DNA of 64,000 nt from Treponema sp. (GCA_024402505.1 JAKSTP010000002.1:63530-127529), one strand, 5' to 3'. Shown: positions 10,647 to 20,983, counted from the stretch's first letter. Notes: a model not told the origin generated them from the sequence alone. Numbers and translations are program-made.

Positions 10647-11908
10647 GCTTTGTTCTGTGGATGGCAGCGGTTTCTCCATTGTGGGCAGCCGCACCTTCCC
10701 TTTCCAAAAGCCAGATTGACTCACTTAAAATTTTGCCAGACCCGGCCGAACGTCTCATTACAGACCGTGAAATCAAATTTACTCTGAGCATTCCTCTTGT
10801 TTCATCCTCAGAAGTGGAAGTACGCACTCCATCTTTCCCGGAAGGTATTATTTTTAAAAGCTTCAGAAAGACCAACAATTATTCTACCGGCGGCACAAAA
10901 CTTGAAATGTGGATCACCTTTGAAAAACCAGGTCTACAGAATCCAGGACAGCTGGAAACTTACATTCAGAACCGCCGCTACTTCATTCCATTTGCTGATG
11001 TAAATATTTCGGCAAATCCAAAAGATCTTTTTCCACAGCTCATTGTTGTTCCATCAAAAAAAAGCGCCTCATATTTTAAACTTGGCGCCAGCGGAGAAAT
11101 TACAGGCCAGAGCAACAAAGTTCTTCCTGCAGGCACTCCCCTTACCTTCGACCTTTACCTGAAATATGCACAGCGGGCCGTTTCCTTCAATCATAATCTG
11201 CCCGAAAATTGCCTTTTTACCCAGGACCGCACTGTTGATTACACGGAGATTAAAAAATCCTACGACGAAAATTCCCAGAACCTTATTGACCTTGGAACCT
11301 GCACCTGGACTCCACTCTACCCGGGCACCGCAGACTTTCCACTTTTTATAGTTGACGCATACAATTATTCAAACTACAAAAATCAGATTACCAGCCCACT
11401 TTTGAAAATTGAAATTGGCAAAGGCAATTCTCTTGAAAACGCTGCTTCAATCAATGATGATTCTTCTCTTTTTGCCGACGCCTTTTATATAGAACAGACT
11501 AATGATCCTGAACTTGCCCGGGAAGCCACCGAAGAAGAAATGGCCCTTTCATGGAAAAATATCCTGAAGCGCAAAAAACTCTTGAATCTGTTGTTTTTAT
11601 CTTTGATTTTTATTACAGTTCTTCTTGCAGCCCTGCTTTTCTGGAAACGCAGATGGAAACTGGCCTTTATAGCCCTGGGCATTGCTCTTGTTCTCCTGCT
11701 TTCAAAAGGCATTTTCCTGAATAAAGACCGTCTCGTATTTTCCGGAACCGTACTTTACTCCATTCCTGAAGACAATGCTAAATCAACTGTGCCATTAAAA
11801 AAAGGAACCACAGTAACAGTTGAAGAAAAATCGGGAGACTGGCTTTACGTAAAAAGTGATTCCACTGGCGGATGGGCCAAAAAAGGGGATTTTTATGGAC
11901 ATGAATGA
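10595..11908 (+). CDS. BatD/BatE-like protein with C-terminal SH3b domain; start uncertain
   Basis: Signal peptide, two TM helices, and an SH3-like C-terminus LYSIPE...LKKGTTVTVEEKSGDWLYV...GW. Confidence 0.7.
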   Translation: MEKFRINFRRRFVQRLLSFVLWMAAVSPLWAAAPSLSKSQIDSLKILPDPAERLITDREIKFTLSIPLVSSSEVEVRTPSFPEGIIFKSFRKTNNYSTGGTKLEMWITFEKPGLQNPGQLETYIQNRRYFIPFADVNISANPKDLFPQLIVVPSKKSASYFKLGASGEITGQSNKVLPAGTPLTFDLYLKYAQRAVSFNHNLPENCLFTQDRTVDYTEIKKSYDENSQNLIDLGTCTWTPLYPGTADFPLFIVDAYNYSNYKNQITSPLLKIEIGKGNSLENAASINDDSSLFADAFYIEQTNDPELAREATEEEMALSWKNILKRKKLLNLLFLSLIFITVLLAALLFWKRRWKLAFIALGIALVLLLSKGIFLNKDRLVFSGTVLYSIPEDNAKSTVPLKKGTTVTVEEKSGDWLYVKSDSTGGWAKKGDFYGHE

Positions 11909-12449
11909 CATTCTTGCAACCTGGGACAAAATGCAGAAAGACCAGGTGAAAAAACAGAAGGAAAGCGGACACAACACGGTTAGTCATAAAAAAGCAAACG
12001 CCCCTACCAAAGAAGAAAAAGAAATTGCCAAAGCAAAGATTCAGGATTTTTCTGAAGATTTCGAAAAGCGCATTAATCCAACAGAATTGTGGCTGCGGCG
12101 CTACGGTGTTATCGATAAAGATAAAATGATTGAAGAATCGGAAGAACGGCAGCGCCAGATGGACCGGAATTATCTTGCAAACATGGCTCCGGAGGCCCGC
12201 ATTGATCTTCACGGTCTTCACCAGGACGAAGCATTGTTCCGCCTGGAAAGTTTTGTGGCCGACTGCAAGCGCAAGGGTTTCAAAAAAATACTGATTGTCC
12301 ACGGAAAAGGTATCCACTCCCACGGAAGCGATCCTGTTCTTGGGGAGCTGGTGCGCAAATTTATTGAACACGACAAAAGACTTGGACAGTCCGGTCATCC
12401 GGATAAAAAATACGGTGGAAACGGCGCCACCTGGGTTTATATTAAATAG
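11895..12449 (+). CDS. Smr/MutS2 domain protein
   Basis: IDLHGL...ILIVHGKGIHS...GGNGATWV motif. Confidence 0.9.
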   Translation: MDMNDILATWDKMQKDQVKKQKESGHNTVSHKKANAPTKEEKEIAKAKIQDFSEDFEKRINPTELWLRRYGVIDKDKMIEESEERQRQMDRNYLANMAPEARIDLHGLHQDEALFRLESFVADCKRKGFKKILIVHGKGIHSHGSDPVLGELVRKFIEHDKRLGQSGHPDKKYGGNGATWVYIK

Positions 12450-12457
12450 AGGTTTGT

Positions 12458-14083
12458 ATGTCTGACAACAAAAAAAGCTTAATCAAATCGGGGATCTCCC
12501 TTTCGGCCATTACCTTTTTGTCCCGCATCATGGGGCTTATCCGGGAAATTACAAAGGCGTCCTTTTTGGGTACAACAATGTACGCCGATGCTTTTACCAC
12601 AAGTTTCATGCTGCCAAATCTTCTGCGCCGTCTTTTTGCGGAAGGCAGTATTTCCGTAGCATTCATTCCAACCTTCAAAAAATATCTTGCTAAGGAACAG
12701 ACTCCCGAAAACCGCAAAGAAACCCAGGATTTTCTTGCCGCCACCTTTACACTGGTTACCTTCTGTACAACCTGTGTTGTAGTGCTGGGCGTGCTTTTTG
12801 CCCCCCTTATCACCCTGATTTTCTGCCACAAACCTGATCCTACAGTTGCCGATTACGCTGAACAGCTGGTGCTCTGGTCACTGAAGAAAAGTGAAATCAC
12901 TCTTCTTACCCGCATTATGGCACCTTACCTTCTGTTCATCTCCATTGCAGCTTTTTTCCAGGGGATTTTGAACAGCGAAAAGATTTTCGCACCAAGCGGT
13001 TTTACTCCTGTTCTCCTTAACGGAATTGTTATTCTTGCTACTTACCTTCTTTCCCCTTACACAGCAAACCCGGCCCGTGCCATGTCCATTGGTGTTATTG
13101 TGGGAGGATTCGTTCAGGCTGCATTCCAATGGCCTTTCGTTCACAAAACAGGATGGAGAATCGCCTTAACAAGCCTTAAAAAGACCTTCTCAAATCCAGG
13201 AACAAAACAGGTGCTTCTGCTTATTGGACCTACAATCATCGGAATGGCCGCCTATCAGTTGAACAACCTTGTTTCCACCTCCGTAGCCAGCAATATTGGT
13301 GACGGTTATGCTTCCAGCCTTGAATATTCTCTGCGCCTTCAGGAACTGATTTTGGGAATTTTCGCCGTTTCTATCAGTACGGTTATTCTTCCGGATATGT
13401 CGGTTATGGCCAGCAAAAAAGACTGGAAATCTTACAACGAGCTTCTTTCCCAGGCCGTACGCATTATCATCATGATTTCCATTCCTGTAACAGCCTTTTC
13501 ACTCTTTGCAGGAAAAGAACTCATCTGCCTGGTTTTCAAAACCAACAGTTTCAATGACCACTCGGTTATGCTCACCTTAGGCGAGTTCCGCTATCACATT
13601 GCAGGCCTTCTTTTTATTGCCCTGAACCGCATTATCTCCCCGGCTTTTTATGCCCAGGGAAACACAAAACTTCCTACACTGGCGGGAATCATCAGCGTGT
13701 TCTTCAACATTCTTTTTGTGTTCATTCTTGTGTGGCCAATGAAAGGTAACGGAATTGCTCTTGCACTTACCCTGGCCAGCGCAGTAAACACGCTTTTCCT
13801 TTTGATCTTCATGGGCAAAAAAGAAGAATTTGATTTGAAAGGCCTTATTAAATCTACCATTCCTTACACACTTAAACTGATTGTTCTTTCGGTAATTGCC
13901 GTAATTCCACCAGTTTTCATGATGAAGCCGCTTCTTGAAAAATTCGCCGGTCATCATCGTTTTGTAAGCTATGGAATTCCTGTTGCACTTTGTGGTATTG
14001 TATTCGCCGCTATTGGAGTTGCTCTTCTGGTAATCACAGGGGACAACAGCATGAAAAAGATTGTAAAAAAACTGAAAAGATAG
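12458..14083 (+). CDS. murJ: Lipid II flippase MurJ (MviN)
   Basis: SRIMGLIRE...ADAF...LPNLLRRLFAEGS...AFIP signature; multiple TM helices. Confidence 0.95.
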   Translation: MSDNKKSLIKSGISLSAITFLSRIMGLIREITKASFLGTTMYADAFTTSFMLPNLLRRLFAEGSISVAFIPTFKKYLAKEQTPENRKETQDFLAATFTLVTFCTTCVVVLGVLFAPLITLIFCHKPDPTVADYAEQLVLWSLKKSEITLLTRIMAPYLLFISIAAFFQGILNSEKIFAPSGFTPVLLNGIVILATYLLSPYTANPARAMSIGVIVGGFVQAAFQWPFVHKTGWRIALTSLKKTFSNPGTKQVLLLIGPTIIGMAAYQLNNLVSTSVASNIGDGYASSLEYSLRLQELILGIFAVSISTVILPDMSVMASKKDWKSYNELLSQAVRIIIMISIPVTAFSLFAGKELICLVFKTNSFNDHSVMLTLGEFRYHIAGLLFIALNRIISPAFYAQGNTKLPTLAGIISVFFNILFVFILVWPMKGNGIALALTLASAVNTLFLLIFMGKKEEFDLKGLIKSTIPYTLKLIVLSVIAVIPPVFMMKPLLEKFAGHHRFVSYGIPVALCGIVFAAIGVALLVITGDNSMKKIVKKLKR

Positions 14084-14105
14084 ATCAGCTTAAACTGGAG
14101 AAAAA

Positions 14106-15233
14106 ATGACTTTAAAAGAATGCATAAATAACCGCGTAGTAAGATTGCAGGACTGGCTTATGAACAACGAGTTTGGTGCCGCCATATTTGTTGATTCTGA
14201 AGAACACCGGGATCCAAACGTAACCTATCTTGCAAACTGTTCAGGGGACTGTGTTCTGGTTGTTCCAAGTTTCGGTCCAACCGTTCTTATTCCCTGGGAT
14301 GAAATTCTTGCAAAGAAAAATGCTGTGGCCGGAAAAATTGTGCCATTTACAAAATACAAGAACAATGCAGTTCAGGCTGTAAAAGGTGCCTTAAAATCTC
14401 AGAAAAAATTTATGGAATCTGACCGCATCTGCCTTCCAAATTATTTCACTTACCACGAGTTTTTGGATTATGTTGAAGAACTTGAAAACTGGGAGGTTGT
14501 CTGCGAAAAAGAAGGTGCCGTTTCTTACCTTGAAGAACGACGCATGGAAAAAGATGAATACGAACTTGAATGCATCAAAAAGGCCTGCGCCGCTGGTGAC
14601 GAAATCATCGACGAAATTGAAGAACGTGTTCGTGACGGCCGCATTTCTACCGAAAGTGACGTTGCCCTTTATATCGAAAAAGCTCTCCGGGAAAAAGGCT
14701 GCCAGCGCACAGGATTTGACACACTTGCCGCAGGGCCAGACCGTTCCTTTGCCATCCACGCCTTTCCAGGTTACACAAACGCCCCATGGCCGGCCCAGGG
14801 ACTTTCCATCCTGGATTTCGGCGTAGTTTATGAAGGTTATACCAGCGATACCACCCTTACCATTGCAAAAGGCCCTCTTACACCTGAACAGGAAGAACAG
14901 CTTTCACTGGTAGAAACCGCCTACAACGAGTGCCTTAAACTTTACCGTCCTGGGGAACTCATAAAAAATGCCTGCGCAAAAGCCGACTCTATTTTTGCCA
15001 AAGCCGGCCGAAAAATGCCTCACACTCTGGGACATGCCATTGGCCTTGAAATCCACGAAAAACCACGTGTTTCTACCCGAGACGAAGAAATCACCTTCCG
15101 CACCGGCATGGTCCTTACACTGGAACCTGGCCTTTACGACGAAAAAATCGGCGGCACCAGATGGGAAAACGACGTTCTTATTACCGACGGTGATCCTGTA
15201 GTTTTAACCCACTCCCGCATCATCAGACTGTAA
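14106..15233 (+). CDS. Xaa-Pro aminopeptidase (M24B)
   Basis: DFG....YTSDTT, HTLGHAIGLEIHE, TLEPGLY, GTRWENDVL metal-ligand motifs. Confidence 0.92.
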   Translation: MTLKECINNRVVRLQDWLMNNEFGAAIFVDSEEHRDPNVTYLANCSGDCVLVVPSFGPTVLIPWDEILAKKNAVAGKIVPFTKYKNNAVQAVKGALKSQKKFMESDRICLPNYFTYHEFLDYVEELENWEVVCEKEGAVSYLEERRMEKDEYELECIKKACAAGDEIIDEIEERVRDGRISTESDVALYIEKALREKGCQRTGFDTLAAGPDRSFAIHAFPGYTNAPWPAQGLSILDFGVVYEGYTSDTTLTIAKGPLTPEQEEQLSLVETAYNECLKLYRPGELIKNACAKADSIFAKAGRKMPHTLGHAIGLEIHEKPRVSTRDEEITFRTGMVLTLEPGLYDEKIGGTRWENDVLITDGDPVVLTHSRIIRL

Positions 15234-15242
15234 AGAACCTGT

Positions 15243-15268
15243 GAATCTCCCTTGAAAAAGGGGGATTC
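15243..15268. terminator. Strong hairpin after the M24 gene, overlapping a likely promoter of the FHA operon
   Basis: GAATCTCCCTT-GAAA-AAGGGGGATTC; no U-tract; TTGAAA (15252) N18 TATACT (15276) overlaps it. Confidence 0.5.
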
Positions 15269-15286
15269 TGGACTTATACTTAAATT

Positions 15287-15628
15287 ATGGACAACACAAT
15301 TGTTACAAACAGCCCCGTTGGAAAACACCTGGGTGCGCTGGGCGAATCAAAACCTTCCTCATATCTGGTTTTCAACAAAAAGAAGATTGAACTGGTAGCA
15401 AAAATCACCATCGGTCGTGATACCGAAAACGACATTGTGGTGGACAATAAACTGGCCAGCCGTCATCATGCCGTAATTCAGAAAATCAAGGATGCTTATT
15501 TTTTGAAAGATGAAAACAGCACCAACGGCACCTTTGTAAACTCTGTTAAAATCCCCAAAGACAAATACATTAAACTCAAATCCGGCGATGTAATCACCAT
15601 CGGAAACATGAGCCTTGTAATGTACTAG
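15287..15628 (+). CDS. Stand-alone FHA domain protein
   Basis: ITIGR...ASRHHA...DENSTNGTFVN FHA motifs. Confidence 0.93.
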   Translation: MDNTIVTNSPVGKHLGALGESKPSSYLVFNKKKIELVAKITIGRDTENDIVVDNKLASRHHAVIQKIKDAYFLKDENSTNGTFVNSVKIPKDKYIKLKSGDVITIGNMSLVMY

Positions 15629-15635
15629 GACTATC

Positions 15636-16658
15636 TTGAAAAAAAACACTTACCTGAATAATGTTTCTCTGCCAGGCCCAAAAGACCTGGAAAAACTTGC
15701 AAAAAAAGCACTTTCCCTTTCAAAGCACGAAAGTCTGTGGCGTCCACTTACCGACGTTCAAACTCCCGGCACTCTTGTTGATTTTACAAGCCCCGACAGT
15801 AATTCCGCCTGCAGTGATGTGATTGTAATTCCCGACCTCCACGGCCGCACTTCCTTTTTAAAAAGAATCCTTTCCTTCAGGATTCCAGAAGGTGATGGTG
15901 AAGGTCTTACCATTGAAGAAGCCCTTTCCAAAAACAAGATTCATCTTGTTTTCCTTGGAGATGCACTTCACACAGAGTTTTGCACCAAGGAACGCTGGCT
16001 TTTGGCCAAAGACCTTTTTGAGCAGGGTAACTACGTTTCTGATCCAATGAAACAGGAGATGGCAGAAGGGCTTACGGTTTATATCACCCTCCTTGATCTT
16101 CTCTGTAAATATCCCGACAATTTTTTCTTCCTTCGGGGCAATCACGAAAATATCAATAATAAGAATGAAGACGGCATGTTCTCTTTCAAAAAATATGCTT
16201 ACGAAGGTGAAATGACCCGTCGGTTTATGGAACAACAGTACGGAGAACATCTGAAAAACCTTCTTGCAGATTTTGAAGATGCCCTGCCTCTGGTTTACGC
16301 AAACAACCGCTGTGTAATTTCCCACGCTGAACCTATTTCACCTTTTGACAAAGACAGCATGATTCACGGACATTTTTTGGCATCGGTAATGAACGGACTT
16401 ACATGGACAAACAACGACAGTGCGGCAGAAAACGCAGTTGAACTTTCCATGGCAGCTCTCCTTGGCCACAACAGAGCAGTCTGGATTTCGGGACACAGGC
16501 CTGTCTGCGACGGCTATCACTTCCAGCGCAAGGGCTTATTTTTACAGATTCACGATCCCCGGGCAACAAAGGTGCTTTTCGTAAGCAAAGGCCGGGACAT
16601 CAATATAGAAACTGATTTTTGGGATGTTGTTCCACCAACAGAACCCATGTTTTCGTAA
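15636..16658 (+). CDS. PPP/calcineurin-like Ser/Thr protein phosphatase
   Basis: IPDLHG, FLGDALH, LRGNHE, SHA and SGH metallophosphoesterase motifs; TTG start. Confidence 0.82.
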   Translation: MKKNTYLNNVSLPGPKDLEKLAKKALSLSKHESLWRPLTDVQTPGTLVDFTSPDSNSACSDVIVIPDLHGRTSFLKRILSFRIPEGDGEGLTIEEALSKNKIHLVFLGDALHTEFCTKERWLLAKDLFEQGNYVSDPMKQEMAEGLTVYITLLDLLCKYPDNFFFLRGNHENINNKNEDGMFSFKKYAYEGEMTRRFMEQQYGEHLKNLLADFEDALPLVYANNRCVISHAEPISPFDKDSMIHGHFLASVMNGLTWTNNDSAAENAVELSMAALLGHNRAVWISGHRPVCDGYHFQRKGLFLQIHDPRATKVLFVSKGRDINIETDFWDVVPPTEPMFS

Positions 16659-16674
16659 AAGGTAGGAGAGGCTT

Positions 16675-18291
16675 ATGGCAAACGATTTTCCACCAGAGAT
16701 TGGCAAGTACAAAGTTTCGGGCATTATTGCAAAAGGGGGCATGGGCGTAATTTACAAGGCTTTTCATCCTTCACTTAAACGCTATGTTGTAATCAAAAAA
16801 ATGACCTCCCGTCGCAGTTCCAGTGCGGAACGTTTTAAGCGGGAAGCCCAGATTCTCCTTGATCTGCAAAGTCCGTACATCGTTCACCTTTTTGACTATT
16901 TTACCGAAGGCTCTTACCGTTACATGGTAGAAGAACTGGTAGACGGTCAGGCTTTGGACAATCTTATTAAAAAACAGACCGTCCTTCCAGTTCCGGTAGC
17001 CATGCTTATTCTTCAGGACGCCTGTTATGCCTTAAAATACGCCCATTCCAAAGATATTGTTCACCGGGACATTAAACCTGGCAATATTCTGATTTCTAAA
17101 CGGGGTGAAGTAAAGCTTGCCGATTTTGGAATTGCCAGTGATGAAAAAATCGAAGGCGATAAAACTGAAGCGGGACTTGCCCTTGGAACACCGGCCTACA
17201 TGCCTCCAGAACAGTTTGCCGACTCTTCTTCCGTAGACAATCGTGCCGACATTTATGCTCTTGGCATCATGCTTTACGAAATGCTCTGCGGAACAAAACC
17301 TTACGCAGGGGAATTCTCCATTGAAAATCTGAACACTATCCGAAAAGGAAAATATATTCATCCTCGGAAAATTGATAAATCAATTCCAAAGCCTGTGGAA
17401 AAACTTATTGCCAAAATGATTAAGCCAAAGGCAAAGAGCCGTTTCCAGAGCGTAGACCCGATTATCAAGAGGATTAAAAAATATCTGAAACACTACGACA
17501 CCCACGCACTCCGGGTTCTTCTTGCAAGATCAGTGCTTACCGAAAAGACCTTTGAATTTCCGCCGGTTGTAGAAAAAGATAAAAAACTCCGTGTTGTGCG
17601 CCGGGTCATAATCGGAACACTGGCCGGTGCCGCAATTCTGGCCGGTCTTTGGTTCGACGGCGTTTTCCACCGCACGGTTCTTAAGAAAATCTATCACCCT
17701 GTAAATGTGGAAATGACTCTCCCAACTTCTCTTCTTGGTGATTTTGATCTTCCTGTAAAAGCCTTTTTCTTTGAAAATGACGGTGATACAATCCCTGAAA
17801 TTGGCGGAGGAAAAGTGCTTCACGTAAAAGGCAGCACTCTCCGGGAAAAACTCCGCTTTGTTCCGGTAACCGAAATTGGCCGCAGCTTTGAAAAAAACAC
17901 GGTCTATAAAATGGGTGAAATCTACCTGAAGGACGGCAACTACCGCATAAAGATTGTTTGCGGACCTTATGTGCAGTGGGAAAGTTTTACCATCAACGGA
18001 GAAGGCATTTTTTTGAACACTGCCTTCACCAAAACCAGCCGCGTTCTTTCCTTCCGCCCAAGAGCCTTTGCCAAAATTGATGGAAAAGAAATTACCGCTG
18101 ACTGCACCTTCGAAATCTTCCAGAACAACAACTGGCGACCTCTTGATCAGGTAAATCCCGACCAAATAAAAAGCGGCACCGTCTGGAAAATCAGAGCAAG
18201 TGCCGCTGGTTATAAAAGCGAAGTCTTTTCACTGCTCATTGACTGGTATCAGGATGACATCGCCATTAATTTTGAATTGGAATCAGATTAG
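16675..18291 (+). CDS. Membrane-anchored Hanks-type Ser/Thr protein kinase
   Basis: GGMGVIY, VIKK, HRDIKPGN, DFG, GTPAYMPPEQ, DIYALG; TM helix then an extracytoplasmic domain. Confidence 0.95.
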   Translation: MANDFPPEIGKYKVSGIIAKGGMGVIYKAFHPSLKRYVVIKKMTSRRSSSAERFKREAQILLDLQSPYIVHLFDYFTEGSYRYMVEELVDGQALDNLIKKQTVLPVPVAMLILQDACYALKYAHSKDIVHRDIKPGNILISKRGEVKLADFGIASDEKIEGDKTEAGLALGTPAYMPPEQFADSSSVDNRADIYALGIMLYEMLCGTKPYAGEFSIENLNTIRKGKYIHPRKIDKSIPKPVEKLIAKMIKPKAKSRFQSVDPIIKRIKKYLKHYDTHALRVLLARSVLTEKTFEFPPVVEKDKKLRVVRRVIIGTLAGAAILAGLWFDGVFHRTVLKKIYHPVNVEMTLPTSLLGDFDLPVKAFFFENDGDTIPEIGGGKVLHVKGSTLREKLRFVPVTEIGRSFEKNTVYKMGEIYLKDGNYRIKIVCGPYVQWESFTINGEGIFLNTAFTKTSRVLSFRPRAFAKIDGKEITADCTFEIFQNNNWRPLDQVNPDQIKSGTVWKIRASAAGYKSEVFSLLIDWYQDDIAINFELESD

Positions 18292-19196
18292 TTGATTATC
18301 CATCTGCCGTTTTCTTTGACGAAGCGTTTTGCGTTCACTTCAAGGAGACGGCCGTCTTCACCAAGCATTTTAATCATACTGGTAACAGGATTGATTTCCG
18401 TAATGCGGAAATTGGTTCCGTCGTAATGGATGTGAAGTCCTTCGTTTGGAAGACAGCGGCGGGCTTCATTGTACCAGTCGTATTCGTTGGCAAGACAGCA
18501 CAAAAGTCGTCCGCACTGACCGGAAATCTTCATGGAATTCAAAGAAAGGTTCTGTTCCTTTGCCATTTTGATGGAAACCGGCCGCAGTTTGTCGGAAATT
18601 GAGTTACAACACAAAGGACGGCCACAAACTCCAAGTCCGCCTGTAATACGGGCTTCATCACGAACACCAATCTGGCGAAGTTCAATTCTCATTTTGAAAA
18701 CAGAAACCAGATCTTTTACAAGCTCGCGGAAATCTACGCGGTTGTCGGAAGTAAAGAAAAAGAGGGCTTTTGAATCATCAAAGAGGAAATGAGTCTGAAC
18801 CAGCTTCATGTCCAGTTTGTGATGTTCAACTTTTTCCCGGAAAACAGGGAAAGCATCTTTTTCTTTCTGTTTAAGGCTTTCCATCTTTTCCATATCTTCG
18901 CTGGTGGCCTTTCGTTCTACCTGAACAACATCGCCGCTTTTAATGCCAATTGGTTTCTGGGAAATACCAAGCACCTTGGCAAGATCCTTTCCGTAGCGTG
19001 TTGGCACTACAGCGTAATCACCTGCTTCAAGTTTTGGTCCCTGAATTTTGGCGTAAACACTTTCGTTGGAATACTCCAGTTTCAGATGGTAAAGAGGCTT
19101 GTCGGAAACGAAATCCCCTACTTCCTGAACTTCGTCTTCCAGATTGGAAAGAGAGTCGTTTTCATCTGCAATGTCGTTTTCAAAAATATCACTCAT
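18288..19196 (-). CDS. ricT: PSP1/RicT (YaaT) family regulatory Fe-S protein
   Basis: RVDFRELVKDL...RIELRQIGVRDEA...GVCGRPLCC...KISGQCGRLLCCL. Confidence 0.9.
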   Translation of the reverse strand: MSDIFENDIADENDSLSNLEDEVQEVGDFVSDKPLYHLKLEYSNESVYAKIQGPKLEAGDYAVVPTRYGKDLAKVLGISQKPIGIKSGDVVQVERKATSEDMEKMESLKQKEKDAFPVFREKVEHHKLDMKLVQTHFLFDDSKALFFFTSDNRVDFRELVKDLVSVFKMRIELRQIGVRDEARITGGLGVCGRPLCCNSISDKLRPVSIKMAKEQNLSLNSMKISGQCGRLLCCLANEYDWYNEARRCLPNEGLHIHYDGTNFRITEINPVTSMIKMLGEDGRLLEVNAKRFVKENGRWIIN

Positions 19197-19199
19197 AGT

Positions 19200-19913
19200 C
19201 TATTTGTTTTTGTTCAAGATTCTTGTTTCGTATTTTCCTGTTTCAAGGTCGATAAAGCGTACAAAAAGGCTTACTTTATTGTCGGCGTTCAGGTTCTCCC
19301 AAACAAGATTTGTAAAGTAGTCGATGTCGCCGTTGATGTCTACCTTTGTAGGTTCACCTTCGTAGCTTGGAAGAGGATTTCCATCACTCATGTAAGTGTG
19401 GATGAAGTGTCCTACGCCAGCTTCAGGATTTTCGTATGCGTAAGTGTAGCGGTTACAGCGGTCGCCGCATCCGTCATCACTTTTAAGAATGCTCATCTGA
19501 TAGTCGTATTTACCATTTTCTACGTGCATGATTCCGGAAATACGAGGTGTGTAGTTTGGTGCATCGTCTTCAAATTCACGGATACGCAGGCTTTCTTCAA
19601 AAGTTTTGCCGGCTTTCATTCCGTCGTTGATTGTATCAGTCTGGTCACCGTTTGTTACGATTGTGTTGTTTCCCAAAACACGAACTGGCCAGTAAATAAT
19701 AAGATGTGGATCAACCATTTTTGATTCATCAAAGGCCTGAGTGCGGAGTCCTTCGCCGTCTTCTACAAAAACACGATTTCGGCTGTTTGTGCTGCGGCCC
19801 ATAATGAAGTAAGCAGTTACAGCGTATTTTCCATCTGCAGAACGGCCAATCACAATTCCGCGTCCTGGATATGCATTAGATTTAAGTTCGTGTGAAAGTT
19901 TCACCATTTTCAT
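19200..19913 (-). CDS. IMP cyclohydrolase, PurO-like (Ntn fold)
   Basis: YPGRGIVIG...AYFIMGRSTNSRNR...IVTNGDQTD...FEDDAPNYTPRISG. Confidence 0.85.
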   Translation of the reverse strand: MKMVKLSHELKSNAYPGRGIVIGRSADGKYAVTAYFIMGRSTNSRNRVFVEDGEGLRTQAFDESKMVDPHLIIYWPVRVLGNNTIVTNGDQTDTINDGMKAGKTFEESLRIREFEDDAPNYTPRISGIMHVENGKYDYQMSILKSDDGCGDRCNRYTYAYENPEAGVGHFIHTYMSDGNPLPSYEGEPTKVDINGDIDYFTNLVWENLNADNKVSLFVRFIDLETGKYETRILNKNK

Positions 19914-19934
19914 ATCAATTCTCCTAAGTAAGAG

Positions 19935-20828
19935 TTATTTTCCTTCGTTTTCAATGTGCATTTTTTCAAGATTTGCCATGATTGCGTCAACAGTTTTCTG
20001 TTTTGGATCAGGTTCATCGGCTGGCAGTGATTCAAGAATCTTGTTGCGGAAGTCCTTACAGTCGATTACAGGGCTTGCAGTAAGTGTAACTTTGTCCTGG
20101 GCTACCACATCCATAATCATATTTTCAGGGCATTCAGGGTTGAAGCGCAGACAGTTTCCGTTGATTGAAACCAGAATCATTTTGTCAAAAAGGCGAAGAT
20201 AGCTGTCGATTTCCCGGAGACCTTTCTTTGTTTCAGGTTTGCCTGGACGATAGCGTGTGCCGCTTGGGAATACAAGAATTACCTGGCCGCGTTTTTTACA
20301 GGCGTCCATTGCACGCATGGCAGCAAAGTTGATTTTGCGGGCCCGTTTTTCTTCTTCTTCTTTTTCTTCCTGAGAGATTTCTTTTGCTCCAACTGCATCA
20401 AGGCTTCGTGTAGGATAGATTACAACTCGTGTAAAACATTCTGCAAATGCACGTACAGCAGGATCAGCTTCGTTCAGTTTCATACCGGCAACGGCAACGA
20501 TTTTTTTTGAGAAGTCTTTTGACCAGTCTTCACCATATTTGTCCAGCATGTATACGATTTCAGGAAGGTCCAGGTTTGTGTAGTGTTCCATAAGGATAAG
20601 CCCGGATTTACCATTCTGAACTTCGTCGTAGAAAGCTTTGAAATTTTCAACGGCGTTCAATCCGCTTCCAGGAAGAAGGTTGTCATCAAGAAGGGTGAAC
20701 ATGTATTTTTGAATATCTAAGTTTGCTTCTTCATAAACTGAAGTTTCATCGATTTTGGCGGCGGCTCGAGATTTCTTAGCCATCTCTTTAATCATGCTGC
20801 CGTATTTTCCAGCCAATGTGTTGTCCAT
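19935..20828 (-). CDS. Glycerol-3-phosphate/lysophospholipid acyltransferase (PlsC-like)
   Basis: HxxxxD motif (EHYTNLD) and FPSGTR motif. Confidence 0.8.
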   Translation of the reverse strand: MDNTLAGKYGSMIKEMAKKSRAAAKIDETSVYEEANLDIQKYMFTLLDDNLLPGSGLNAVENFKAFYDEVQNGKSGLILMEHYTNLDLPEIVYMLDKYGEDWSKDFSKKIVAVAGMKLNEADPAVRAFAECFTRVVIYPTRSLDAVGAKEISQEEKEEEEKRARKINFAAMRAMDACKKRGQVILVFPSGTRYRPGKPETKKGLREIDSYLRLFDKMILVSINGNCLRFNPECPENMIMDVVAQDKVTLTASPVIDCKDFRNKILESLPADEPDPKQKTVDAIMANLEKMHIENEGK

Positions 20829-20875
20829 TGTTACGTCCTTATTTAAGTTTCAAAAAAGAGTAGAAATTATTTCTT

Positions 20876-20904
20876 ATTATACCCGCAAAATAAAGAGGTT
20901 TCAA
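20876..20904 (-). promoter_or_regulatory. Sigma70 promoter of the acyltransferase gene
   Basis: Minus strand TTGAAA-N17-TATAAT, about 50 bp upstream of the ATG. Confidence 0.8.
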
Positions 20905-20983
20905 CGGTGATTTATCAAGCCCCGCAGCGTGCCAGCAACTGTGGGGTGCGACGGCAAAGTTGTGCGACTGGGGTCGGGGGGGT

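Noticed and set aside
4152-19724. Long antisense/shadow ORFs (e.g. 4152-4739, 11778-12398, 17530-18165, 18789-19724)
   Set aside because: They lie opposite well-supported genes and show no motifs; typical shadow frames.
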